A DNA stretch of 63,512 nt, filler included, from Dimargaris cristalligena (lineage: Eukaryota): the NCBI GenBank assembly GCA_003614675.1. It is 21 parts of 21 records of this genome, joined end to end, with 100 filler letters (N's around TTAATTAATTAA, not from the genome) between each part and the next. Parts side by side here need not be neighbours in the genome. Positions count along the whole stretch, not along the records: positions 1 to 2,877 come from ML004063.1; positions 2,978 to 5,952 come from ML004064.1; positions 6,053 to 9,009 come from ML004065.1; positions 9,110 to 12,065 come from ML004066.1; 17 more parts are not named here. The stretch is one strand, 5' to 3'. The stretch's first letter is position 1. Each line of letters begins with the position of its first letter. The notes under the pieces were generated by a model. It did no database searches. It worked only from the letters and a program-made list of their open reading frames with translations, and had not been told where the DNA came from. A program made the position numbers and the translations under genes. Shown here one piece after another: positions 1-10,702 of the stretch.

Positions 1-166
1 TCAATTGAATAAGCATGTGCGAGATGCGGGAGGTTCGAATGTTAATATAAGCAGGTCTGAATGCAATAGTGAAATTACGAATGCCATAGCGTTCATTAAT
101 CGGTCACCCTCTCAAGGAGGAGAGAAGGTGATCGGCTGATTGGCCCACTGAATATTGCTTTATTAC

Positions 167-766
167 CTTCAAGTACATCGATGGGGAGGTTGAACTTGTC
201 CAATGCCTCCCGCTTGAGTTGAAGGTTATGGAGTTTGACATCGCCTGAGGATAACACATAGGGAATTATAGGTTGGAACATAGTGGAGAAAAAGGGGTGT
301 AGTGATGGAGGTTAATGGGGGCACTACGCAATGGAAACCACACGGGAGCTCTCTTTCCGCCCCTAGTGGAGGGAGGTGGTGGGTCGTTATTCTTTAACTT
401 GGAATAGGTGGAATTCGGAAGCACCATGCTCAGGCTTGCCGTATTTACGATAGTGGTTACACATGACCTGTAGAATGAGTAATTTAACCAGAGGAGTCAC
501 CCCCCCCACACACACACACACAGACACACGTAGGCTTCTGTCATGAAGGGAGGTTAGAGCAGCAGTAGCGTACGGGGCCGGTGCCAAGCCCATGGAGGAG
601 GAGGGGGCTTCGTTAGACAGCCATATGTATGCCTTGTGCCATGCATAGGTCGAATGGAGGAAGACGTACCATGCCAAATACCGATTTTCAACTGGTCGGT
701 TTCCAAGTTGGCGACATAGTCACCCAGGAACTTGTTCAGTAGATTGGTTACGATGGCTTCGAACAT
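167..766 (-). CDS. VPS13: VPS13 (chorein N-terminal domain) 5' fragment; exons 766-670 and 244-167, continues beyond window start
   Basis: Spliced translation [59 protein letters not shown] matches the Vps13 N-terminus. The phase-1 intron GTACGT...CTCAG joins the exons in frame; the next donor is GTAATA at 166. Confidence 0.9.
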
Positions 767-2137
767 GGCCACGTAGGGGGCGGAAAGGGAGGGGGATAAC
801 GGAGGGGGGGGTTCAGACGGACGGGGAGGTTTCTTGTGGGGGGAGTGAGGGATGGCGGGGTTAAACAACAGGAGAGGTCAGATGGACGAGGAAGTGCTAA
901 AGGGAGAATGGAGAACAGGGAAAAGTTAAAGCGAAACAGAGATGGGCAAGCAGGGAGAGAGAGGGAGAAAAACAACGCAAATGATGCAGGACGGGACGAG
1001 AGGGCTAGCTAGCGTTAAGGGGCAAGCCTATTAATCTAGTATGCCTGTTTGAGGCTGAAACACCCACTGACAGCGGAGACACGTCGGTTATTACTGTAAC
1101 AGACGGAAAGGGTTGCAGCTGGCCAGGTAAACTCTACCACTATTAGTTTACTTAATCTAATCCCAGTTGGCCGGGCCAGAAAATGCTGCAAGGTCAGGGT
1201 GGCCGCCACATTGGCAATGCACCGGACCGCAGGGATTACCCAGCCCCCCACACTCTACCGCTAGGGTTGCGCATAGTGTGTGCATCGACACCCTCGCCAT
1301 GCCTAAGGGTGGCGGCGGTTCTTGCTAGATCTATATTTGCCCTTCATTAAAAAGATTCCGACCGTTGCTGGGTTCGGGTTGACGTCATTCTTCGATAATG
1401 GAACACACCATCAACGAAACGTCATTACAGTACCGTATATCCGGAAATGGCCTGGGCATGTTTGGTAGTATTGGTACGTATTAATCACTACTAGATTGAC
1501 ATGGTGAGTAGGAAAGGCAATCGCACCATCTATACCGCCGCACTGGCCTTTTCTGATATATTTTCGATCAGTAGCATCAGCGGATACGGAAAGGGCCTGG
1601 GCTTTTCATGCTGTCTATTTTTTCTAATCTCGATTCCGCTCGTGTACTGCTGCCATGCCCGTTAGATGTTCCTAAGTAGGAGACATTCCTGCGAATACTA
1701 GGAATAAGTGCGTCCAAATCGCATATTTATTAGATAAGTAGCGCAGTCATTCGGGCGCTATATACTAGATCGATAATAAAATACAGTAACGTCAATGAAA
1801 AATAATAATAAAAAAGATAAACGATCAAGAGTCGACATTTACATTCGTCGTAAAAATGGACTTCAATGAGTCCCGAAATAGTGATGATATGTATATAGAT
1901 ATACGAACTAATGAGGGGCAACTTGTTATGGAGTCGCCCGGTACTATTCAAATACATAGAGATTGCCTGTTAGTAGATAAATCAAGCCCGTTAAACATTC
2001 ACCATCGTAGATTGGCTAACGGAGATACGCTCTCCGCAGAATAGGCCAAATGACGCTATTATCCAGAGCTAGGCGAGTAAATAGGCCAGGTAGGCGCCCA
2101 GCCAATGGGCGGCTATGTCGAAGATCGAACCTTCCAC

Positions 2138-2877
2138 CTAGTTTACCAATTCCATAAAGATGCGGTCATAGTACACCCCATACACCAATCGGTTGTAGTC
2201 CACCAATGTGTTGATTCGCGTAAACAGTTTCCGCATTTCAGGCTCCACCGGCTCCAGCCCATAGCTACGCAGTAGGGTATCGGCGGACGAACCCAAAGGA
2301 CCCGTTCGGACCGACGGCGGATTGCCAGTCGCCGCCGAGTTAGATGCCGTAGCGCCATGCCCACTACTAGGGGCACTGCCAAGGCCCGTGCGCAGGCGAA
2401 TACCGAGGGGGTTCACAGGGGCCGAACTATTGCTGGACGACCCGGCCCCATGACTAGGCCCGTTATCGCCCCCATTCGAATCCCCCGCAGCCGGCTTGGC
2501 GTAGTGACCGGGATATAACAACCAAGTGCGGAGCAGGTTCTGCAACCGGCGCGATAGGAGATTGTACACGGGGTCGCTGTAGTTCAGGGTTTTAAGTACC
2601 ATAGACCGCACCATGGCCGAGCTGGGGGGCTGGGGTTGGCTCCCCAGGAAAGTCGTGGCCGGACTGGGTGGGGTGGCCTCCCCCCCTCCGGACCCCTGGT
2701 GGTGGTGCTGATCGCTACTACTCCCTCCTCCGTTGATCACCCGTTGAATTTCGGCCACCAAGTGGTCCACTTTGGTGTCGTCGTGACGCAGCAGTTCCAG
2801 CAGCTTATCCTTCAATTGGCGTACCATGACCCCCCCACTCTCGTGGCCCACCAGCTGCTGGCGCACGTTAGGTAGGG
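2138..2877 (-). CDS. 3' fragment of a T-complex protein 11 (Sok1/TCP11)-like protein, 5'-truncated by contig end
   Basis: ORF is open to the contig edge. The segments 'TLNYSDPVYNLLSRRL' and 'LVDYNRLVYGVYYDRI' resemble the TCP11-family C-terminus (recognised by eye). Confidence 0.55.
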
Positions 2878-2977
2878 NNNNNNNNNNNNNNNNNNNNNNN
2901 NNNNNNNNNNNNNNNNNNNNNTTAATTAATTAANNNNNNNNNNNNNNNNNNNNNNNNNNNNNNNNNNNNNNNNNNNN
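2878..2977. other. Artificial contig spacer N44-TTAATTAATTAA-N44; 20 copies starting at 2878, 5953, 9010, 12066, 15121, 18176, 21230, 24279, 27328, 30365, 33395, 36416, 39436, 42453, 45468, 48480, 51494, 54501, 57506, 60510
   Basis: Identical 100-nt linker carrying stop codons in all six frames, recurring about every 3 kb. Confidence 0.99.
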
Positions 2978-3265
2978 TAACTTATAAGTTCTCTCGATTT
3001 CAATGAGAGAACTTATAAGTTCTGTATTTATTGAGAATGGATTTGTATTTGCTTTGTGGGCTATTTGGTTTAAATTTACTCCTTGCTTTCTAAGTTCATA
3101 AATTAAAGAGCGATATAAATTCACATATTTATCTTCATGTTTTAGCATCGCTCTCAAATAATCGCTCTGTTTTGGAAAACCTAAACTCACTGCTTTTGAG
3201 TGAACTAAATTGAAATCTTCCATTGATAATCTGACATGAATTTCTTTTTCTAATCTATCTTTCAT
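2978..3265 (-). CDS. mobC: Plasmid mobilisation relaxosome accessory protein MobC (3'-truncated at contig end)
   Basis: Ribbon-helix-helix-like N-terminus (IHVRLS...SDYLR) and the MobC motif 'ELRKQGVNLNQIAHKAN'. GGAG lies 8 nt upstream of the ATG at 3265. Confidence 0.88.
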
Positions 3266-3291
3266 TTTCAAAACTCCGTTTTTAAAGGGTT

Positions 3292-3364
3292 CTAGGGCGA
3301 AGCCCTAGCAAGGCACTAACAAGGCATAAACCGTAGGTTTGTGGCTTGGGAGTGTAGCCTTGCT
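3292..3364. promoter_or_regulatory. Putative origin of transfer (oriT) upstream of mobC
   Basis: Hairpin CTAGGGC-GAA-GCCCTAG (3292-3308), inner hairpin AAACC-GTA-GGTTT, and inverted pair AGCAAGGC (3307-3314)/GCCTTGCT (3357-3364). The position directly upstream of mobC is typical of MOBP-type oriT. Confidence 0.55.
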
Positions 3365-3460
3365 TAAAAACCTATTCCTAATATAACGAGGCTTTTAATT
3401 TTGTCAAATTTTAGAAAAGAAGATGATTTTATACATACAAAGAACAAGAAACATAACAAG

Positions 3461-3553
3461 ATTAGATTGAGATTGAGATTGATATGGCGATTAGATTGCG
3501 ATTACTTGTAGATTGAGATTGTATGGCGATTAGATTGCGATTACTTATAGATT
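3461..3553 (+). repeat. Direct repeats: GATT-based short units forming two ~39-bp higher-order copies (iteron-like)
   Basis: TATGGCGATTAGATTGCGATTACTT occurs at 3483 and 3522, embedded in GAGATT/GCGATT/TAGATT units. Confidence 0.85.
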
Positions 3554-3617
3554 AAAATAATATGTAGACAAATATGATATTTATGTATATAAGACATATA
3601 TACAAAAGGAGATTGAT

Positions 3618-3851
3618 ATGAATAAAGGAAAAAAGAAAAGACTTGAAAAAATGAAGAAAAAGCTAATGAAAAAACTAGATAATGGTGAAAATATAAACGA
3701 TAAAGACTTTAATGAATTATTCGGACATGTTGCTTTTTCTGATGACTTTGTAATGACAGAAGAAGACGAAGAAGGGAATTTAATAAACATTGAAACTGGT
3801 GAGATTGTTGGAAATGGTTTTGTTGATTTAGGCATTCTATATACAAAGTAA
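3618..3851 (+). CDS. Small hypothetical plasmid protein (77 aa; basic N-terminus, acidic C-terminus)
   Basis: AGGAG at 3607-3611 precedes ATG 3618; a terminator-like hairpin follows. Confidence 0.6.
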   Translation: MNKGKKKRLEKMKKKLMKKLDNGENINDKDFNELFGHVAFSDDFVMTEEDEEGNLINIETGEIVGNGFVDLGILYTK

Positions 3852-3861
3852 AAGAATAAAT

Positions 3862-3895
3862 AAAAAAAGTCCCATTTCTGGGACTTGATTTTTTT
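3862..3895. terminator. Possible intrinsic terminator or attenuator between the 77-aa ORF and rep
   Basis: Stem-loop AAGTCCCA-TTTC-TGGGACTT (3867-3886) flanked by an A-run and a T-run. Confidence 0.5.
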
Positions 3896-3946
3896 GGCTT
3901 TTTGATTATATTAAGATTGACCGAAATTAAAACAATCAGGAGCCGT

Positions 3947-5626
3947 ATGAGTATATTAAGCCAATTAACTAAAAATGTCAATATAATAGAAGAAGAGAAT
4001 GAAGAATTTTATTTATCTTTTCTAAAAATGATTGAAGAAGAAGAGGAAAAGACAAATAAAAGTGTTTTCCAAGATAGCAGGTTGACGGCTCTTGTTCCTG
4101 AAATTCACAAACCTTTTGTATACTGGATTATAAAAAAGCAATTCTCTGGAAATGATTTTGAGTATTCAAAAACAATTTCTTTGTTCTTTGAGAAATTCAA
4201 TAGTAAATTAAAATCCATTGCAGACGACAATGCTTTTATTGAAAACAAAAGCAAAAAAAGACAACTAGCAAAGAAAAGAAAGCATGCCGTCTTATATTCT
4301 TCTCAATTACTTAAACTCACTGGATTTAATCGTCCAAAAGTTGCAACAAAGGAAATGATTAAATCTTACTGTGAAGAAATGGAAAAGAGAGACGAGTATA
4401 TAAGTTCTTTAAGATTAGTAAATGCCAAAGGTGGAATTACTAGACTTGTTTCAAACGAGCAAAAACAAAAAGAAAAAATTGCTGAAATATATAAGATAAG
4501 TAAATATTTTGAAGAAAGAGCAAAAGACAAAATATTTACATTTTCATTCATAACATTAACTTTACCTAGCTCTTATCATTCAAATCCTTTAAATGGGAAT
4601 TGTTCTTTTGACGGCAAAACTCCACAACAAGCAATAGACCAGATAGGAAACTACTGGAAACTTATTAGAGCGAGATGGTCAAATCTTGGACTGGTCTTTG
4701 GTGAAGATTTATTCGGAATTCAAGTAGTAGAGTGTCAAGGCGATACAACACTTCATTTACATTGCTGTGTTTGGCACCATTACGACGATACAAAGAAAAT
4801 TCATAATGAAGTCTTGGCAGTTCAAAATAGTTCAGAAGAAAAAGTAAACTTTGATATTAGACTAAACAATGGAAAAGCAGGGGCTCCAACATATCTTTTC
4901 AAGTATGTTTTAAAAACTCATACTGACTACAAATCAAATGATAATGCCATTAAGAACATGGCTGTTAGAAATCTATACGGTGTTAGAAGTTATAATTTTT
5001 TTGGGTTGAAAGGAAGTAAGACAAAATTTAATTTCTTGGTTAAGAACTATGGAAGATACAAAAAATCTATTCCAGAAGAAATGAGAATTTGTTTTGGTAG
5101 TGGAGATATGTATGACTTCATTACTAACTATGAAAAATATTTTGAGAATGCTTATCATGGCAAAGGTAAGAACAAAAAACTAATCGGTGTTATATTCAAA
5201 AAAGGAGAGTATGATTTTGATATTCAAAATCTAAATCAAACTTTCACAAAGAAAGCAAACATTATCAATCTAAATGAGATTGTTTTTATAGAGCAAAGAC
5301 AATTCTGTGTCTTTGAAAAGAATTATCAAGGCGAGATTGATAATGTTAAAAATATTAATTTGAGCTTGCCACAATATGCTAATATTAATTCAAGCTTTGA
5401 GAGTGTAAGATATAAACAAGAGCTATATAATCATGAAGTAGATAAAATAATTGATAGCTTTGGTTATGAGAGATATAAAAACAAACAACCAATTAAGAAG
5501 AAAAAGCTTACACCTTCTTTTTTTGAAGGCAATTTATTACAGTTATTCAACATTATTCAAGAAAAACTCGCCCTAACGGGTCAATATTTAAAAAATGATG
5601 AGTTTGATATGGTAGTTTTAGAATAG
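3947..5626 (+). CDS. rep: Rolling-circle replication endonuclease, P2 gpA-like (HUH, two-tyrosine), ~559 aa
   Basis: Motif 1 FITLTLPSSYH, motif 2 VVECQGDTTLHLH, motif 3 YLFKYVLK and downstream GVRSYNFFG are collinear with the P2-type gpA motifs (TxTxPSxYH, EPHHDGTxHWH, YIAKYxSK, IRQFQFxG). AGGAG at 3938-3942 precedes ATG 3947. Confidence 0.85.
   Translation: MSILSQLTKNVNIIEEENEEFYLSFLKMIEEEEEKTNKSVFQDSRLTALVPEIHKPFVYWIIKKQFSGNDFEYSKTISLFFEKFNSKLKSIADDNAFIENKSKKRQLAKKRKHAVLYSSQLLKLTGFNRPKVATKEMIKSYCEEMEKRDEYISSLRLVNAKGGITRLVSNEQKQKEKIAEIYKISKYFEERAKDKIFTFSFITLTLPSSYHSNPLNGNCSFDGKTPQQAIDQIGNYWKLIRARWSNLGLVFGEDLFGIQVVECQGDTTLHLHCCVWHHYDDTKKIHNEVLAVQNSSEEKVNFDIRLNNGKAGAPTYLFKYVLKTHTDYKSNDNAIKNMAVRNLYGVRSYNFFGLKGSKTKFNFLVKNYGRYKKSIPEEMRICFGSGDMYDFITNYEKYFENAYHGKGKNKKLIGVIFKKGEYDFDIQNLNQTFTKKANIINLNEIVFIEQRQFCVFEKNYQGEIDNVKNINLSLPQYANINSSFESVRYKQELYNHEVDKIIDSFGYERYKNKQPIKKKKLTPSFFEGNLLQLFNIIQEKLALTGQYLKNDEFDMVVLE
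5539..5561 (-). promoter_or_regulatory. Candidate double-strand origin/nick site (CTTG-N10-AATAACTGT)
   Basis: The minus strand reads CTTGAATAATGTTGAATAACTGT, with the same spacing as the P2 ori as I recall it (CTCG^GAGTCCTGTC-AATAACTGT) and a phiX174-like CTTG^A nick core. Confidence 0.5.
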
Positions 5627-6968
5627 AAATCAAACAATCAACAAAAAAAGACAAACAATATCTCTAAAAACATAATCTTTTAAGCTAAAAGATAGGATAT
5701 TTTCAACATAATTACCGATTTCTAATCATAGGCGAACATAGGCTATACATCAATAAAACAGCCAGCTTTTTGAGAGATATATTTTCAATAGTAGAAACTT
5801 GGCTAATCGCCAAGTTTAGTAATCAAGAAAAGTAAAGTTTCTCTGAACTACAACCCGAAGGGTTCTAGGTGCTTGTGCTGGTGTAGTGGTTCACTCGGGT
5901 GGGGTAGTGGTGGGGCAAGCAAAAAAAATCGCTCGTAGGGGCTTGTAGAGGTNNNNNNNNNNNNNNNNNNNNNNNNNNNNNNNNNNNNNNNNNNNNTTAA
6001 TTAATTAANNNNNNNNNNNNNNNNNNNNNNNNNNNNNNNNNNNNNNNNNNNNTATTCTCGCATATATTCGCCCATACACGTATTATGTAAAACCTTATAC
6101 AGCTGGTTTGAGTTTCACTCATATGGTTGCACCAAAAGGTCATGCGGGAATTCTCTAGGAGTTCCCCATTTTTATTTCTGTGAAGTCAGGGCGAAAGATC
6201 AATTTAGCCGCCCTGGGGTGCTTCCCGCCAGATTATTGTTTAATGGGGCTATCCTCTAATATGTCAATGTACTCTTTTACGTCAACGTGTATTGGATTCC
6301 CTTCCAGTTAATATATTCATGCGGGTTTTCAGAGCACAAGCGTAATGCGAGGAACTCAAGGCCCCCATGCATCGGGTATTAGTAGAAATATGAGATTTTC
6401 GCCAACTGCGTCGTACAGTCGAATGGGCGATCAAAAGACCCTTCTCAAAGAAGCGCCTTGCTACACAATTATGGAGGGATTGGGCCACAGTATTGCCATT
6501 TCGGCGGCCCTTGCATTAAACGGATTCACGTAAATATCGGGATATTCGAGGGCCCTAATAAGCCACACGAAAAGAATGCGCTTAATCCGCATTTAGTGTA
6601 ACCAACACTTTCCTCTGTTGCAAGGGGTAGGCGAATGACGCGTGTAAACAGGCACCATTTGGACTAGTTAGTGGGTACTGGTCCAATAATGCTATGCCCT
6701 CTACCGCACTTGCCGTCAGATTAGTCGGCTAATTGCCGGTCAGTATCCCCCCTCCAAACCTCGTTCCGCGTATATAACCTCGTCATATGTCCCCCTGCTT
6801 CGCTCTATCAAAGTCTCTCTTTACCGCCAAATTTTAGACCAGTATTCGCCCATCCATTCGGGGGCTAAACTCAATATAATTGTAGCCCGCAACTCCAAAT
6901 TGTTTGCCATAGACCAACCAATTCTATCGATCCCTGTTTCTCACCCGTCCCCTTCCGATTTGTTGACC

Positions 6969-8536
6969 ATGAAGCCGACTCTGACCTCCAGCACCCTACT
7001 AGGCCTAGCCTTGACCCATCTCGCGGCTGGTCATCCCCATCCTATCAACGATAATCACCAAACGGATGGTAAAATTCATTCCAATGCGGTCGAACATCAG
7101 CCCAGTGGCCAATACAAAGGTAGTCCTTCGAACACTATTTTCCAACGCAAAAATCAAATGGTTACTCCATCCTTAAATAGAGCCCCTCTTGAAATTATTC
7201 ATACTATTATGGACGAACTGGAAACGCGAGATTTGGTGCAAATGTCCAAGACCAATTGTTATTTAAAAAGTGTTTACGACACTTACCCCGGCAGCGAAGT
7301 TTTTGTCAAAGTAAGTACATAGTGTACAGAGAATAGTGTAGACTAGGGCCTAAGTCATTCAGCTGATCATCCTGCAGACGGTTTATGAAATAGGGGCATT
7401 GTGATTAAGTTCAATACAGGTGACCGGGGACTTGGCATTTGTAAAGTAATGGCTGCCTTCTTATTCCTAATCGTTAACTAATTGGCAATTACCCTCCAAT
7501 ATTCCAATATACTGTAATCATCCCCATATTTATTGTTCAAAAGTACATGGAAAATGGTGTGGTGCCTATGCTATATGGCAGAAAGGCCAGCTTGGAACAA
7601 TTTCAGTTACTCTTTCCAATGCAGCCAATGGATGCAATCATGGCCCGCGCTTGGAATTTTAATGGCGGGACTATTTCCGGAAGACACCCGGTCCAACATA
7701 CCGATGTCAATGGTGATCCTTTGATAATGCCCCCCGTTACACGCAAAGAGCAAATCGTGGCGGCCATTGAGAAAGAGTGGGAATACCTGGATTATACTCA
7801 GCTGAGTTACTCATACAGGTCAATTCTTTTCCCCTGGCTGTATTATCTGTCGAGTTTATCCGTGAGTGAAATATCCCAACTTTATGGAAAATTTCAGCTT
7901 GCGAATCTTGCTGACATACCAACCGGTGATTTGCAAGCGATGTACAACAGCGACCCGGTCATCAAAAACCTTGGTCAGTCGATCAGTTTAGTTTGGAACG
8001 GAACGGCCCAGGGTTTCTATGTGACCCAAGTCATGATGAGTGTTAGCGCTGTCCTCGCCACTACTGGCCAGTTTGGCAAATTAAGGGAACTATTAGATCG
8101 GCCCAATGACCGGTCGGGGGTTTGGCTGGCAAATACTATCTATTCCCGCCTATTGCTCTTGGAATTCGACGATTCCAACTCCGATCAAGACAGGGAATTG
8201 ATAGCCAAATTCACCACTGACTGCAAATACGCCGGCGCACTGGGGTTCAAAACGGCGGAACGAAAATGCGGGGGCCGTGCTCAGAATGATGGAGTCTCAG
8301 CCAATTTCCTTTACTCCATAACCGCCGGTGGGTTTGTGTATCCGCATCGTGACTCAAGCAATAACCCTAAACTGGCCATTCGAGTTAGCCACTCGGCTGT
8401 TATAAATATTCTCAATGGGAAAAAACGCAGTACCAACAAACTCCCTTGGCTGGACCATACCATTCTTTTGGATCAGCTGCACTTGACCAACTTTCGTAAT
8501 AGTGTGCTACCCCCACAGCCTCCCAACCAAGAGTAA
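6969..8536 (+). CDS. Secreted F-box-like protein, family member A; join(6969..7310,7544..8536), ~444 aa
   Basis: Hydrophobic signal-like start MKPTLTSSTLLGLALTHLAAG; F-box-like LNRAPLEIIHTIMDELETRDLVQMSKTNCYLKSV; phase-0 intron GTAAGT...AAG with a TAACTAAT branch site; 993-nt second exon. Confidence 0.75.
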
Positions 8537-8882
8537 TCGGACTAAAACTTGCTCTGCTTTGATTTTTTTCATTTACATTTTTTCACTTGGTGTCTTTTAA
8601 TTCTTGGAGTTTTTTTTTGAGCTATTTAGTTCCCGGAATCTAGGCTGCTTCACGCCTACTATATATTAGAATAAAATTATATATCCAAAATACTTCTCTT
8701 TGACCCCTTTTCCAGATTTTTAATATCATTTTCTAACTAATACCTTTAATGCATTGGCTATAATGTGTATATCCCCAGCCTAGAATTCGCTGAGTATGTC
8801 AACTTTAGTGCCTTTATAAATAAATTAAACTTGATATTTCTCACATAGACCCATGTTTATTATTGCAGAATTGGTCATGGCA

Positions 8883-9009
8883 TATCCACCCTCCTAATCT
8901 AACCTAAATCCAGACTTAATGATTATCTGCTCTTATTAGGTCTTATAGTGCCATATTAACCCTCCCATGGTCACTCCCAGTACTATGGGATCATCATTTA
9001 TTATATAAC
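8883..9009 (+). mobile_element. Partial (5') copy of the solo-LTR family, cut by contig end
   Basis: Shares 'ccctcccatggtcactcccagtactatgggatc...tatataac' with the copies at 18413 and 56064. Confidence 0.75.
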
Positions 9010-9109
9010 NNNNNNNNNNNNNNNNNNNNNNNNNNNNNNNNNNNNNNNNNNNNTTAATTAATTAANNNNNNNNNNNNNNNNNNNNNNNNNNNNNNNNNNN
9101 NNNNNNNNN

Positions 9110-9479
9110 GGGTATGCAGAGAGGCGCCCATCCTAACTTGGTTGGTGGTAATCAATGTGTAATAATTTTTTGGTATTTCGGCGTTTTATGACTAATCGGC
9201 ACGGGTGAATATAAGGACAGGCGGACGACCGAATATCTATCGACTGTAGAGAATTGCTGGGGCGACTAAAGGCTCGCCACATAACAAGACGGGGTCTTTA
9301 GTTTCTAAGGCTTTAAACATGAGGAGCTTATTGTACGAATTTTAGTCCCTGTCGGTGTAAAGATACTAAAAAAATAATTTATCTCTACATATTGCCTCCT
9401 TAAATGATAGTGATGCGGGGCTGATGTCCAGTCTGTTGCACCAGTTACCAGTCGGATCTCACTAGGTGCGGCCTGCACT
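9110..9479 (+). repeat. Left arm of a 370-bp inverted repeat (partner 11696-12065)
   Basis: The contig start GGGTATGCAGAGAGG...GGCCTGCACT is the reverse complement of 11696-12065. Confidence 0.95.
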
Positions 9480-10702
9480 CTACTTACTAAGTCCCTCATA
9501 ATTACTGTGGTATTATTCGCCCATTTTGCAATCACCGGGGTCATCTTCACTGTCATATGGACATGGAATACAGCTCATTTCTCTTTACGGTAACTAAAAT
9601 CCATTTACCCAGTAGGGCATTTCCGGTAGGAAATTAGAAATTCATGCATTCCCTTACTCACATTAGTACCAGAATCACATCCTGTTACGTCGAAGTACAT
9701 CTAAGTCTCGAATGGCACCCGAGCTGGACACCTTAACTATCTCTCACGGACCTAGGAATCAAAAATTGCACCCGGATAAAAACATACGTAATCGGGTAAT
9801 TGTAAAGGCAAATCGTATATTAGATTTAAACCCAGCTATTCAAGCTATGACAATATATAAGTGTATTTCAGTCACTACACGACTACGCTTTGGATTATAT
9901 TTCAAGAAATGGCAATAGGTGGCTTAGTAGTATGCTTTCTGTATTCGGTTGTTTCGCCTAAAATGAACCTACGCGGTAGTTGGCGAAGAAAGCCATAATG
10001 GCTAATAAACTACCTGTACTTCCTAGAAGACGTAGAAAAATGCACTAATGGCCTCATGACCATGATATTTCTTTCTTACTCGGTTCAGACCGGTTGTGGA
10101 CCCATTCCTATTACTTACCCATAACCTCCAATATAGTCGATATTAGGCTAGGGCGACAAAGATCAGTCACCAGGTACCCTTGGTATATGACTAGCCAGCT
10201 AACAAATAAAGAATATTAGCCTGGTTCTTACTCAGGATTCAGCAGCTGATATAGGTCGCTGGTCTGCATCACGAAACATATGGTTGGTAAAGTTCTAAAG
10301 TAGGCGGAAATGTAAAGTCTTTGGTTCGATGACCCGAAAAGGAAAGCTATGATTTGGAAGGAATTCTCTTATTTGGAAGCGGTAGGGGGGCCCTGACATT
10401 CAGGATAAACGAATTCCTACATCAAGTGCCAAACCCAATTTCTTACGATGGAGTCGCTTCCATAGTATGGTCACATATCTTACAATTAGAAAACCCTTTG
10501 GCAGAACACGTATTAACCGGGTCGAACCCGAACAGTCCTGCTTGAAAGAATATGGGGTATAATTACCGGGCCCTTGCCTCCCAGTTTAGACCAAAACCAT
10601 ACACTCCGCTACTTCTATCGGCATCCCCAGGATCCATTCACCCCCACCCCCACCGTAGTTGCCATATCACTCATCCTCGCTCTCCCACCAACAACCCTCA
10701 AC

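Larger units (their letters stand above)
2978..5952. mobile_element. AT-rich bacterial-type mobilisable rolling-circle plasmid or phage-derived replicon (partial)
   Basis: Intronless ORFs with GGAG/AGGAG Shine-Dalgarno sites, MobC, oriT-like hairpins and an HUH Rep. Composition is much more AT-rich than the fungal genes. Confidence 0.88.

Noticed and set aside
2878-2977. Regularly spaced TTAATTAATTAA palindromes and ORFs ending in X-runs
   Set aside because: Artificial six-frame-stop linkers between contigs. Gene adjacency across them has no meaning.
3461-3553. Direct repeats as a possible mini-CRISPR array
   Set aside because: Only two adjacent units, no unique spacers and no cas genes.
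2978-5952. Plasmid as mitochondrial or Mollicutes-endosymbiont DNA, or as horizontal transfer into the fungus
   Set aside because: The ORFs are open in the standard code with TGG for Trp, so there is no sign of code 4, and no junction to fungal DNA is visible.
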